A stretch of 57,675 bases of DNA, counting the filler, from Asterionella formosa (Eukaryota), in assembly GCA_002256025.1 (NCBI GenBank). It is 6 parts of 6 records of this genome, joined end to end, with 100 filler letters (N's around TTAATTAATTAA, not from the genome) between each part and the next. Parts side by side here need not be neighbours in the genome. Positions count along the whole stretch, not along the records: positions 19,276 to 28,802 come from NKIB01010562.1; positions 28,903 to 38,427 come from NKIB01010563.1; 4 more parts are not named here. One strand, written 5' to 3'. Under the pieces are notes generated by a model. The model was not told the DNA's origin, did no database searches, and was given only the letters and a program-made list of their open reading frames with translations. Each line of letters opens with the position of its first letter. Within the stretch, counting starts at the first letter, position 1. This document shows, in pieces, positions 23,240 to 34,847 of this stretch. Made by a program: the position numbers and the translations under genes.

Positions 23240-24660
23240 CCCTCTTCATCCTCATGGCACTCCTTTACAAGAATTCAATGAGCAGATGATGATGGACAAG
23301 GGGACATGCTGGGCAAACATTTCTGACAGTTTGGCCTATTTTTGCTGGTGTGTCAAACACAAATCAGGATGGCTTTCAGCATATGCCCAGAACAAGATGA
23401 TTCTTCTTGACATGGTGGCTGCAGCACCAGGCATACGTAAAAGGGAAGAAAAAAATCGTGTTAAAAACGGATTTGTTGAATTGATTCAGCATGCTGCAGA
23501 GGAAGCTATCATGATGCTTTCTGCAATCACTCCAGCAGGGTGTATGGTATATCTCCAGAGCCTTTGCCATTCTTGGACACAAGATTGGCTGTCCAAGAGC
23601 TGCTATGGGAATAAGCGATCAACGCTATTCAACTAATTCAGGCTACATAATGGCACAGGCTTCACAGTTGATTTTGAGCTGGAACCACTTAGCAACCTTT
23701 TGCATAGTTTTTATCAGATTATTGCAGTAGAGAATCATTATGGGTTAGGAGAGATTTGTGAGGGTAAGGACCCCACGAACAATCAACTATATCACCTCCT
23801 TTGTACTTGGTTCATTGAGTTAAAAGTTAATTAAATTTTTATAGCATGTTAAAGCTATCCAATGATTGCACTTGTGCCCACTAAAATGGAAACAATTAGT
23901 ACCAGCCAGGTTTATTCATCTGTATGGTACAAGAGTACCTGTCTCTTTGTCAGCCTCACCCCCAGAACCCTAGGGACTAGATAAAAGAAAAACAGGTGGA
24001 GAATGCAGGACTCGAACACGCTACCTCATGAGCGAGGTGTGCTAACCAATTAAGCCATTCCCCTACTTGGTTCATTGAGTTAGGAACTGGTGATGGCATT
24101 TGGGGTCACCTATTCCTGGCCTTCACTTGGAATTTGATTTGCAGGGTCAATAATACAAGCCAAATCTGCTTGTCACATATGGAGTGGACTGACGATGCTT
24201 TGTGTGTAAATACTTTGCAAACACCAAGACAGATCAGAAAGGGACTCAAACAAAATATTCTAAACATATTTATGCAAATCCAACTGAGTGGGTAGGTAGT
24301 GTATCCTATATTTTATCTTGGTGTGTACTTGGGAAGATTTAATAATGTTGCTAAAGGAAATAGTTGCTTATTCCCTGGTCCCAATCAATTTAAGAGATTT
24401 TTATCTATTTTAAAGCAGAAGCCAAGAAAGGACAGCTATTTGAATAAGGTATTGAATCAAACAACATCAGTATACACAGTATAAGGAAGGGGGTTGCTAC
24501 TTATGTTAGTGTCTACCCAGGGGTAACTTCATCAGGTTCTATCACTGTAAATGGAGGGTGGTCAATGGGCAGAGTCAAGGACATTGATGTCCAGTGATAT
24601 GAGCATTTGTGGGAAGGTTGCTCCTTAAGTGGTCTACACATGGTACTTGCATGATTTTCT
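23240..24660 (+). mobile_element. degraded Crypton-type tyrosine recombinase
   Basis: FTWNLICRVNNT (catalytic R), KHIYANP, LFPG.NQFKRF and IHSIRKGVATY...GGWSMGRVKDI (HxxR and W). Many stops and frameshifts. Confidence 0.8.
23823..24063 (-). mobile_element. tRNA(Ala)-derived SINE, 241 bp
   Basis: 19-bp TSD TACTTGGTTCATTGAGTTA (23804-23822 and 24064-24082). A box TGGCTTAATTGG, B box GTTCGAGTCC, acceptor stem GGGGAAT/ATTCTCC, AT-rich tail. Confidence 0.85.
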
Positions 24661-25380
24661 TCCTCTCCCCCTAATATGTTTATAAAATCTGAAACTTATG
24701 GTAATAAAACTAGTTTCCAATGATGCTCCTATCTCCTATGTATGTACCAATTGATGTACTACCCAATATATCAGCATGTGGATGCAGGAGGTACCTGGTA
24801 CCTCCTGGTAAAATATATGCTCAGGGCGGTCTTTGCCGTAGTCACGTGATTATTTTCGTATTCTATCGCCTATTACTTTGTGGTGAGTTGCCCCCTGGTA
24901 CACACCTGGTACCCTGGTACCAGGTACCAGGTACCTGAGACCAGGTTACAGGCAATGTTCCATATCACCATGCTCCTTGAACATTATTTATATGTATGCA
25001 TATATATGATAAATAAAAAAATAATAATAAATATCATTTATGATGTCGTTCTGTTGATTTCGACATCAAGGATGGCATACGAACGGATTCTGGATTCCGT
25101 CCTCTTTTACACTCGTGTGTGGAAAATATCGTATGTAGCCTATTCATATCTGACCTACGTAAATGTCGAAGTGTTTGGTGAAACTGAAATCTTGTGACGA
25201 AATCATTCAATCAGAACAATTCTAACACAACAGCTAGGGTCTATTCCGGACTCCTCTTTATACATAATGCATCATACCATTTGGCTTTTGTTGTCACAAA
25301 AAATTTATTTTGTTATTTTGAGTTGAGAAACAAGCCATACTTTCCCATCGAATCACACACACATACCCACACACATCATC

Positions 25381-27132
25381 ATGGGGTGCATTTCCAGCTC
25401 TCCTTACTCCACGAGAGGCAACAGACTCCGAGACCCAGCTGACCTGGATGAAGTGATTGTCCCAATCAAGTGAGTGTGTTGATATATTATTGAGTTTATT
25501 ATTGTCTTGACACGAGTATTCTGTTTCATTTTATTGGGATACATTTTAGGGAGTATCTTTTTGTTCGCCATTGTGTGGTGCAGAAATCATTCATAGTCCC
25601 TATTGCACGACGAACCGACCGTAATGATGATATACTAACAAGGGCTTGTCTGACCCCCACACCCCCCACACACAAAAAAGGTACTTTGGAACCTATCGCA
25701 ACGGCAATGTTTCTATTCCTGATTCCATTATTGGGTTGCCTGGATGTCACGACAACGAATCCCTGGCCTCGGATCCCAACCTTGTCCTGTACGAAGCTGA
25801 AATAGATCAAGGCCTAGCCTTCCGTACCTTCCGACCAGCCTACGCATGCGTCTGCACCCCATGGGGCGCTGCGTACATTTTGGCTCAGGGCTTCAATGGC
25901 ATAAAGGAACTATTCGTCTTTGATCAAACATGTTGTTGGGTCCGGAAAGAATATTCAGCTCGAACCTTTTTCCGTGTCCATCCAAATCGTATTGCTATCA
26001 ATTATCCACAATTCCGTTTCCCCTATGCACCATTGGGATGTGGCTCATGGAGCAGTGATCATATTAAGAACCATCCCTTTGATCGTGGAGCCTTTGGATT
26101 TAGACGTGTCCATTGTGGGACAATGGAATACTTTTTATGTTTGTGGCCACTTTCAGGAGCTGTCGTAGCACGACAACGGTGTCCGTGCAATGGGCCACTT
26201 TGGAATCGCATGTGTACCGATTGTGGTGGATGGTGGTGTGATGAATGGATATGTGATATCATGTGTTGCTCGTATCGATATTATGGACTTGCTGATGGTG
26301 ATGAAGTGGCCGCGGCAGCCAACATTGCATTACAAGCCTACTATGAAGGAAGGGCCATGACCAAAGATGATATGGACCGCTGTTTGGAGTATTGGCGAAC
26401 AGAACTTTCTGAATTGTATGATCCAAAAGGCAAAGCAAGACCAGTGTGTTGCAAGGGATATGACATGCCCCTGTGCAGATGTTTACTCTGTTATGAATAT
26501 GTCTTTCACCAAAAGAGAGAAATTCCTTTCAAGGATGATGAAGTAACAAATGAACTGGCTGAGGTAAATTTATGCTTTGATTTCATATTTGGAATACATG
26601 AATGTATATGTATATATTTGTAGTACTTTCTTATTATATGCGCACAACATGGGTTCTCTCACACATTTTGTTTCTTTGATCTCATGTACCCATATTTTCA
26701 TAATTTTTTTGGAATATTTGATGTTTGTGTTCTGTCTCCAAGGTATATGCCCGCTCGGAATATCTTCGACGAAAGCAAATTACCATTTACAAATCATTTA
26801 TTGCCAAACAACGCACAAGCACTGTATGTCGAAAGTGTGGATGTCGACGGTGTCATGGTCGGAAGGGGTGTTGCTTTTGTACAGAGGGATGCAATCACAT
26901 GGATCGCAAGGCGGGAGAACCAGCACCACCATTTGATCATAGAGACATGGATGATGAAAATGATGCTTCCATCATACTTCGCAAGGTTATGGGGGATCCT
27001 CCTTCTAATGTGGTATACACAAGATGGGAATGGAGTGACATAGAGCAAGCAAATGTTCTTGTTACCATCAACCAAGTAGTGGATCAAGTGGACGAAGAAG
27101 AAACGGCAGCGTTGAAATTACATGCCATGTGA
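25381..27132 (+). CDS. Cys-rich hypothetical protein with N-terminal MGC lipidation motif; exons ~25381-25469, 25681-26563, 26743-27132
   Basis: In-frame GT-AG introns 25470-25680 (TACTAAC branch site near 25633) and 26564-26742 join ORFs 25646-26623 and 26725-27132. Confidence 0.7.
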
Positions 27133-27457
27133 GAAGGAAAATATATATATATATATATTTTTTATGTGCCATGGTGGAATCAACCATCCTATTCACGTAT
27201 GAATCTTTATTTTGTTTCATTGGTGCATACAGGTATTTGTGAAAGGAGAGTGGCGCAATTCTATAAAGTATTTAGTCGTTAGTTTGAGAACGCTTTTTTT
27301 GCATAATTATTGCATAATACATACCATACCGCCATCCAGTACACAAGTTGTTTCGAAGGCCTTGGAGCAAGGATGGACAATAGGACACCCATTACATGAT
27401 ACAACATGAATGTTACAAAAAAGACAATGACCTCGTCCAACAAAATACACGTTAAAA

Positions 27458-28802
27458 TTACTCATTCCAATCAAAGATTGATGCCCGACTCACCACCGCC
27501 TTGATGGGGCTTTTGTGATCAAGACGTTCCAGCTGCATCATGTCATTATTGTCATTCTTCATGACACAGGTATAAGTAATACACCACCCAATCAAGGACA
27601 AGCCTGAACACCACATGAGGACTGTGTCACCGTTACTACCACAAAAGACAAATGTCCCAACCAACGCTCCTGCCTTGCCACATGCAGCACACACCCCATT
27701 TAATGTTGACCGACAAGATGTACTAAATGTCATACTTGGCAACATGAACGTAGTACAGTTGGGACCATAGTTGGAACAGAAAAAAGTGGAACCATAGAGA
27801 ATCAATAGGAGCATGTGATTGCTCCCCAATGCTTGGAAATAGACACTCATTGTGGCATACAAAAACCCCATGAGAAAAAAGCCTTGCAATTGTATATACC
27901 GTGGAGATTGTCGCCCGACAGTGGCAATGCTAATAAAGTAACCTGGTAATGCCATGAGAGCAATACAAAAGGCATCCCTAGCGGTGGATTGGACAGTTTC
28001 TGATGCGCCAAAGGCAGAGGATAGTACCATTGGTTGGAATAGGGTGTTGGCATAAAACATAATGTCTGTATAGAGCAGAGACATGGTCAGATATCAATGT
28101 CAAGGGAGAATCAGAAAATGATGCAGTATGACTCAATGGTTATACAGGATTGTATTGTATTTTTTCACGTACCAAAAAGGAACCAACACCCTGCCGTTCC
28201 CAATAGTTTCATCCATAAATTCTCTTCCATCCAAATGGCCTCCCATAAAGAGATGGATGCTGTTCTCGTGTTGGTAGTTGTAGGAGTAGTTTTATACCTG
28301 TATTCTAGATTTTCATTGACTGGTTTGTGTTGTTGTAGACGCAATAGTGTCAAAAGAATTCCTGGTAGACACCCTCCTCCCAACAACACTCTCCATGCTA
28401 TTTGATTTGGTAGTAGTTGTATCAATCCCCATGCCACAGCGGGGACAACCAAATATCCCACCCCTTGCATACTAAACACTAATGCCACTGATTTAGGACA
28501 CGAGGGGGACGATAGTGTAGCAGCCAATGGGTATACTCCACCACATCCTAATCCCAATATAAATCTCCAAATTGACAAGATGAGTACAAGACGTTGTCCC
28601 ATGGAACAACACGCCGATCCAAGTGATCCAACAATTTGTAGTCCCATACAAAGTGCCATGGCAACATGGCGACCGCAAACGTCACCCAATGTTCCACCAC
28701 ATAATTGACCCAGTATCATACCAGCAATAAGTGCTGAGGAACATAGAGACTTGATATTATTATCAGAGTCATTCCTTGCAGTAGTAGTTTGTAACATTGG
28801 CA
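27458..28802 (-). CDS. MFS phosphate:H+ symporter (Pho84/PHT1 family), 5'-truncated by linker; intron 28172-28066
   Basis: GQLCGGTLGDVCGR, RFILGLGCGGVYPLAAT, WFLFDIMFY (after splicing), NYGPNCTTF and GVCAACGKAGA. Confidence 0.9.
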
Positions 28803-28902
28803 NNNNNNNNNNNNNNNNNNNNNNNNNNNNNNNNNNNNNNNNNNNNTTAATTAATTAANNNNNNNNNNNNNNNNNNNNNNNNNNNNNNNNNNNNNNNNNN
28901 NN

Positions 28903-29703
28903 AGCAAACAGCTCTCCCGTAGGAGGATTCTCCATTGTCGCTGGCAAAACAGCATTCCTAGCCCCATCTGAAGGGTTCCGCGCACCATTCTGAGATGTCA
29001 TGTCAGTCTTACAGTACCCAGGACAGCAGCAATTAATCTTAATCTCTGGGTTTTCGTTTGCCCAAACTTTTGTGGCTGCAATCACAGCCAATTTGCTCAT
29101 TCCGTAGTTGCTATTTCCCCATCCCTGATTTAGATGCTGCCCAGATTTCACATCCATTTCAAACTTGACAACTAGAGTCTTGAGCGCTGGCATAGTTAGT
29201 GACGACGATCTGAATTGGTCCTTAAGCTCTTTCGACTTGATTTGGTTTAGATGACCCGACATGCTTGCAACATTGACAATACGAGCATCGCTTCCCTTCT
29301 TGACAAGTGGAAGCAGTTTTTCCGTCAAATCCACTGTGCCTCTAAAGTTGATATCTAATGTGGGTGTACATTGCTCCACAAACGGAGTCGGGTCAGCGCC
29401 TTTGTACGCCATTGCAGCATTGTTGACTAAGCAATCTACCTTGCCGAATTGTTTCTCTAAGGATTCTCTCAAATCTTCATGAGAATCTACATCACCTAAA
29501 GTCAATGGGAGGCAAGAGATACTTGCCTTGTTTCCTGTCGATCCAGCAATCTTGGTCACGGCCGCTTGGCCTCGGACTGGATCTCGGCATGCGAGAATAA
29601 CATGTTGAAAGAGGCCGCTCGCGCCAAGTTGCAAGGCAATGAAGAAACCAATGCCCTTGTTGGCTCCTGTTACGACAGCAACTCGACCGGAAGTTGGTGT
29701 CAT
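28903..29703 (-). CDS. carbonyl reductase-like SDR (CBR1 type), 3' end truncated by linker
   Basis: VAVVTGANKGIG, LVNNAA, YGMSK (YxxxK) and CCPGYCKTDMT. Confidence 0.92.
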
Positions 29704-30299
29704 GATGGAATGATGTTGACCCTGAATGCAGATGATGAAAATGTTAACTTCTCGTTGTGTGATGTTTGATATATATGTAGAAGATATTATACCTATGCAA
29801 AATATATGTATTATGTGCCGGTATGTTTTATGTACCGGTAAATAATATTTCATGTGAAGAATGTTGTCCATGCTTGTGATTATTCACAAATTCATAGTGC
29901 CGGTATACATATGTATAGGCGGTACCTGGTGCTGTACCGTATATCGGTATATAGATGTCATACCAGTAACAAAATAAATTTGGATTATAGATTCTGATTG
30001 GTAGCTAGTAGTACAGAAACATTATTTACGGGGAAGGCCCGGTAGGTGTTCACCTTCGACTCAGTTCCTATGACTCGTCCCATGCCTACCGGATGAGATA
30101 GGCTGGCTTTCCATATCAAACTCCCTTAAGTAACTTTCTATAATGTTAAATCATAATTCGTCATTAAATGCAAGTGGTGTTCTGATCATCGAAATCGTGT
30201 TCACCTACTTCTACTGGTAATGGTATTCAGCAACTGGAAGACGATTTGCTTATAGTACGGTTCACCAGTTAGTGACTTGTATTAGTCATAGTCTGCAAT

Positions 30300-31800
30300 T
30301 TCTTGTTGTTGTCAGCAATTTCTGATCGTTGCCAGCAAGTTCTAGTAGTTGTCAGCAGACTTCTAGTCATATGTAGTCACCAACAAAATGTCAATGGACT
30401 ATTAATTGATATTGTTGTACTTTACCACCACATACTTCATTGCCTGCTACCACTTGGGCCTGAGCTTCCTGTAATTTTTCGCGGTACATTCTTACAACAT
30501 CCATTAAATCCTTTTACCGCAAGAGATGCTTGAGCTAATTCTGTATTTGCACTTTGAGAGGCAAGTGTGTGTCATTTTGTGTACAAGGTTCATTTGGTTT
30601 TGAAAATTCTATCAGAGCTTCGATAACTTGTTCTTCCAGGTTTTCAACCTCATTGCCATGTTTTATTGGTTTTTAGTTGAAAAGGGAGCTTGGCAACTTC
30701 AAGTTCATCCTCTGCAGGTACATGTATTAGACTGTCTCAAGCAACACCATCACTCAAACTTGGCACTGCGTAGGAACGGAAATTTGCTTTTGAAAATTCT
30801 ATCAGAGCTTCAATAACTTTTTTCAGGTCAAGGTCATTGCCATGTTTTCTTGATTGTTTTCGTTTTAAAGGGAGCTTGGCAACTTCAAGTTCATCTTCTG
30901 CAGGGATATGAATTAGACTGTCTCTAGCAACATCATCACTCAAACTTGGCACTGTGTAGGCATCGAAATGTGGCACCTGTTGAAGCAATATATGATAGTA
31001 CAATCAATAAGACTGGTTTTGAGTGACATTGTTGTCAAAATTGTCATGTTGACCAGAAAAATTCTTAGTTTTCTTGAAACAGATATTGTAATGTGCATTC
31101 AGTAACTCCATAACCTCTGACAGTTGTTTGTAGTAATATCAATTCCAAGGTATTCAAACTGATTGTGTTTGAAGGCCATAGATCCAATTCATATCATCAT
31201 CGATGGCTGTCCATGTAGGAATTCAATAATTCTTCTCTCAAACTGCTTTATGGGGAAATCTCCTTGCATCCAGCTCATTCATAATTGGTGTATTCCCAAG
31301 ATCCAAAACATCTTGACAATGTTTCTCATCAAAGAAAACATTAATTACTCAATAGTATGTGCCATGCTTCTTAACATATTTGGGAGCAGTTGCAGCATTT
31401 TTTTCCTTTTATCCTTGGGAGGTCAACCATGTTTCTTAATGATCTGGTAAGATCTTTCAGAATCATCATCGAATAAAATATCGGCAGTAAAATGCAGACA
31501 ATTCTTGGGAAGGAGATAATTCGGATTCTGTACTAGAATCATTGGCAATGTCTTCTCTGGTGGAAGAAAGGTGCTATGATACTAGACATGGAGACTTCCT
31601 TGTTGACCATTCAGAAATTCCATTTCTTTTCAGATACTGGCTGCTTTGGTATTTTGGATGACTTTTAGATGTACCCCATAAAATCTCAAAGGTCAATAGC
31701 CTTTAACTGCAATTTTTTGACAAGTGATGAGTAGCATAATGACATGAGTAGCTAGCGATAATAATTGCTGCTGATTCCTCCGCCCAAAATCTGTCGCTGT
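30300..31800 (-). pseudogene. degraded homolog of the Harbinger accessory ORF at 55300-56800
   Basis: TYY*VINVFFDEKHCQDVLDLGNTPIMNELDARRFPHK aligns with TFFHVINVYMCNKHRSDVLRLGQPPTLAEFDARRFRHK. Confidence 0.7.
30597..30960. repeat. diverged ~190-bp tandem duplication
   Basis: TTTTGAAAATTCTATCAGAGCTTC...CATCACTCAAACTTGGCACTG occurs twice, at ~30598 and ~30788. Confidence 0.85.
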
Positions 31801-32153
31801 TGTTGCTGTTTGAGATTTCAATGGTGTCTTTGTTGATTAATTTAATTATATGGCAGATATAAATTTCATAAAATTAGTGTTACAGTATTTCTGAGAAACA
31901 ATAAATGCGTTGCTGGAAGCAATATATAACCCGAATGTGTGAGATACAAAAAATTGGGTCGTGCTACATATTTTCCATTTTGTATCTGGTTAAGATTGGC
32001 CCTGTGAATGACAAAAGATTTCAAAGGCAAGCTCCAGATTTTAAGATCATCATGAACGCTTTTAGACCCTACATAAAAAAGTAAGTCTCACTTGAAAAAA
32101 GGCGATACTTTCTTACTGATGGGCATCGATGTTTTCATTTGGGCCGTACGAAA

Positions 32154-33215
32154 ATGACAGGAAGAAATGATAATATCGAACCCTTCACTTCTGTTGCGCC
32201 TGGACGTCTCTGCCTCTTCGGCGAGCATCAAGATTATTTAGGCCTACCAGTGATTGCACTGGCGTTGCCTTTGTGTTGTTCAATCCGAGTGACACCCATA
32301 GCAAAATCAACGGTGCTGACGCTAACCTTCCAAAACAAAATATGGAGCGTTGACATGAATCAGTTGCCGCCAAGGCAAAACAGTAATGATGACATGCAGG
32401 ATTTTGCACTGGCCGCCGTTCACGAAGTGGTGGAGGCTGGTTGGGACATTCAATGTGGCGCAGAGTGTGTCTCCCAAACGGATATTCCACTGCAATCGGG
32501 ATGCTCCTCATCTTCTGCATTTTGCATATCTTGGGTCCAAGTTTTGGCCAAACTTTCCAATGTTGCAATAGCACCAATGGAACTAGCGCAAATGGCTCAT
32601 AGGGCGGAAGTCCTTCACTTTGGAGCGCCGGGTGGCACAATGGATCATGTGACTAGTGCTATTGGGGGAATTCTTAGAATCGGACCTGGTATGTGGGACT
32701 ACGAACAACTAGACCAGCCAAATGAAGGAGTATGGGTACTTGCAGATTCGGGGCAACCCAAAGATACTCTTGGTCACTTAAAGCGATGTAAATTCGACCG
32801 ATTGGCATTATTTGAACGATTGGGTGAAAATTGGAACAACGACTGTACGACGTTATCAGCTTACGAGACACGTTTACTGGAAACAACAAGAACAAATTTG
32901 CAAATGGAGCAACAAGCTGCCAGTGAATGGAACCTTGCATCTGGAATGACCCTTGGGGGATGCATGGATCGACACCATTGTGCTCTGCGAGACGGTCTTG
33001 AGCTCAGCACGCCCCGACTGGAACGGATGAGAGAAGCAGCTCTGCAATCAGGCGCTTGGGGATTCAAGGTTGTTGGATCTGGAGGAGGTGGTTGTGGAGT
33101 CGCTTGGTCATCGAATGATTGTGCGGTCGAAGTTGGGAAAGCGATGGAGAGTGCCGGCTCAATCAAGACCTGGATTGTTCGCACTGCATTTCCGGGAGCT
33201 CACATTGTGGCCTAG
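32154..33215 (+). CDS. galactokinase-like GHMP kinase
   Basis: APGRLCLFGEHQDY, IPLQSGCSSSSA, GGTMDH and KVVGSGGGGC motifs. Confidence 0.88.
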   Translation: MTGRNDNIEPFTSVAPGRLCLFGEHQDYLGLPVIALALPLCCSIRVTPIAKSTVLTLTFQNKIWSVDMNQLPPRQNSNDDMQDFALAAVHEVVEAGWDIQCGAECVSQTDIPLQSGCSSSSAFCISWVQVLAKLSNVAIAPMELAQMAHRAEVLHFGAPGGTMDHVTSAIGGILRIGPGMWDYEQLDQPNEGVWVLADSGQPKDTLGHLKRCKFDRLALFERLGENWNNDCTTLSAYETRLLETTRTNLQMEQQAASEWNLASGMTLGGCMDRHHCALRDGLELSTPRLERMREAALQSGAWGFKVVGSGGGGCGVAWSSNDCAVEVGKAMESAGSIKTWIVRTAFPGAHIVA

Positions 33216-33374
33216 TATTCATTCAGGACAAACCACAAATCACGCAGTTAACTATTATTCATATATACTAATACTTGACTATGTACCAGTAATTCAGAAA
33301 TATTTTGAATAGGACTGTATTACTTATGATTATTTCTTATTCATGCCGTTCTGCGATACGGTACCTCCTTCGTA

Positions 33375-34418
33375 TTACACGCCTTGGATATACTGGGACT
33401 CGGGAGAATCAGGTCGAAAGACCGGTTGCAAGCCATCGTCAAATTCTATCAACACTTTACTCTCGACTCCATACTCCTTTCCAATGACGCTTCGGGCTTC
33501 CTTGGCCACTTGCCGACATGACTCTACCAAGTTCGCGGCTGACTCTCGTCCGATCCCACCAGCTTTTTCGAGAGTTCGAATTTGCTTGACAGCTTCCGAG
33601 AGCGCATCCACCAATAGCATGGGAGAAACCAACACTGGGCTCGCTCCTTCCAAAGTAATTTGCTTTCCATCAGGTGCCGTAATGATATTTGGCTGTGGAC
33701 ACAGAAAATGCTGAAGTTGATTGGCTCTAATCGAATCCACGTCCGTCCGCAACAACTTGTTCAATAAAGCAACACCGGGGGGGATGGTTTTTTCCATTTC
33801 TTCTTGGCATCTCGTGTAAATGTGTTGCAATATTTGCATGCGATTGGCATCTTGGCCTGGCACAAAAGTGCCGCCAGCAGGTACTGTCGGTGCGGCCGCG
33901 GCGGCATCGGACATGTTCATGTTCAAGACAGTGAAGAACGCCGTGTCGAGCTTCCCATCGCGGCATGCCTTACCAATGGCGGCATCTAGTTTTCTAATTT
34001 CTCCAGCATCTAGCAATTCCGCCAAAACAGCTCGTCCTCCGGCCAAGCTCGAGTCAACAATTGTCCGAAGCGCCATTGCCACGGCGCGGAGGGCAGGATC
34101 TGATGAATTCTCTGACTGGCGCAACTTGACAATGAGCCGAGGGTGCATTGTAGGAAGATTCTGTATCAACAAGTCTTGCAGCGTCTGTGGTTCTTGAGAG
34201 GATTGACCGTATATATCCTTGATCAGTGCCCATTCGGAATCTTCAAGGGTTACTGCTGCATCTTCGCTGCTAGCGACTTCGGAAAAGAGGCGGAACGTCG
34301 ACGGTAAAGTGAAGATGCTTCTAGAGGCCAGCGCTTTTGGGGGTCTAATTTTTTGAGGAGCGAAGGCCGCAACCGAAGCGGCGGATACAAGGAGGAGGAG
34401 GGCTGTAACGAACCTCAT
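33375..34418 (-). CDS. plastid-targeted hypothetical protein (weak resemblance to the plant At4g37920 family)
   Basis: Signal peptide followed by an ASAFAP-type motif (VAA-FAP) and transit peptide. Helical body. The family resemblance is from memory only. Confidence 0.75.
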   Translation of the reverse strand: MRFVTALLLLVSAASVAAFAPQKIRPPKALASRSIFTLPSTFRLFSEVASSEDAAVTLEDSEWALIKDIYGQSSQEPQTLQDLLIQNLPTMHPRLIVKLRQSENSSDPALRAVAMALRTIVDSSLAGGRAVLAELLDAGEIRKLDAAIGKACRDGKLDTAFFTVLNMNMSDAAAAAPTVPAGGTFVPGQDANRMQILQHIYTRCQEEMEKTIPPGVALLNKLLRTDVDSIRANQLQHFLCPQPNIITAPDGKQITLEGASPVLVSPMLLVDALSEAVKQIRTLEKAGGIGRESAANLVESCRQVAKEARSVIGKEYGVESKVLIEFDDGLQPVFRPDSPESQYIQGV

Positions 34419-34847
34419 GGTGATCTTCCAGTTCGAATGGCGGAGATAGTGTCACAATATATCAATCTGCCTGCCTGTAAGATTTGTTAGTATTATATTA
34501 TGCACACCGCGAAGTCAGATCACGAGCGAGTACCACAGGCGACTGGTACAGGTACCATAAAATATGTATGAAGCCTTTACTATATATACATAAAATGAAC
34601 CCGTACATCGTCAAATTCAAGTCTACCAGTCGTATGATCTGCCTGGTACCTGTAGTGTATTAACATTCCACGTGTTCATATAGCACTGAATGACGTATAA
34701 GCCGGTTATTTTATACCCGTCCTGCGTTTCTGTCCATTATGATGTGTCAAAAACGGAAGAAGGCTCCATCAATATTTCTATTTTCGCTCTATTTTAGTTT
34801 ACCACAACAGACGGACTGTGTACATAATAAACACTACCGTAATCACC

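Noticed and set aside
23995..24063. Functional tRNA gene
   Set aside because: The anticodon arm is disrupted, and it is the head of a TSD-flanked insert.
27458..29703. Phosphate transporter and SDR as a gene cluster
   Set aside because: They are separated by an artificial linker and lie on different scaffolds.
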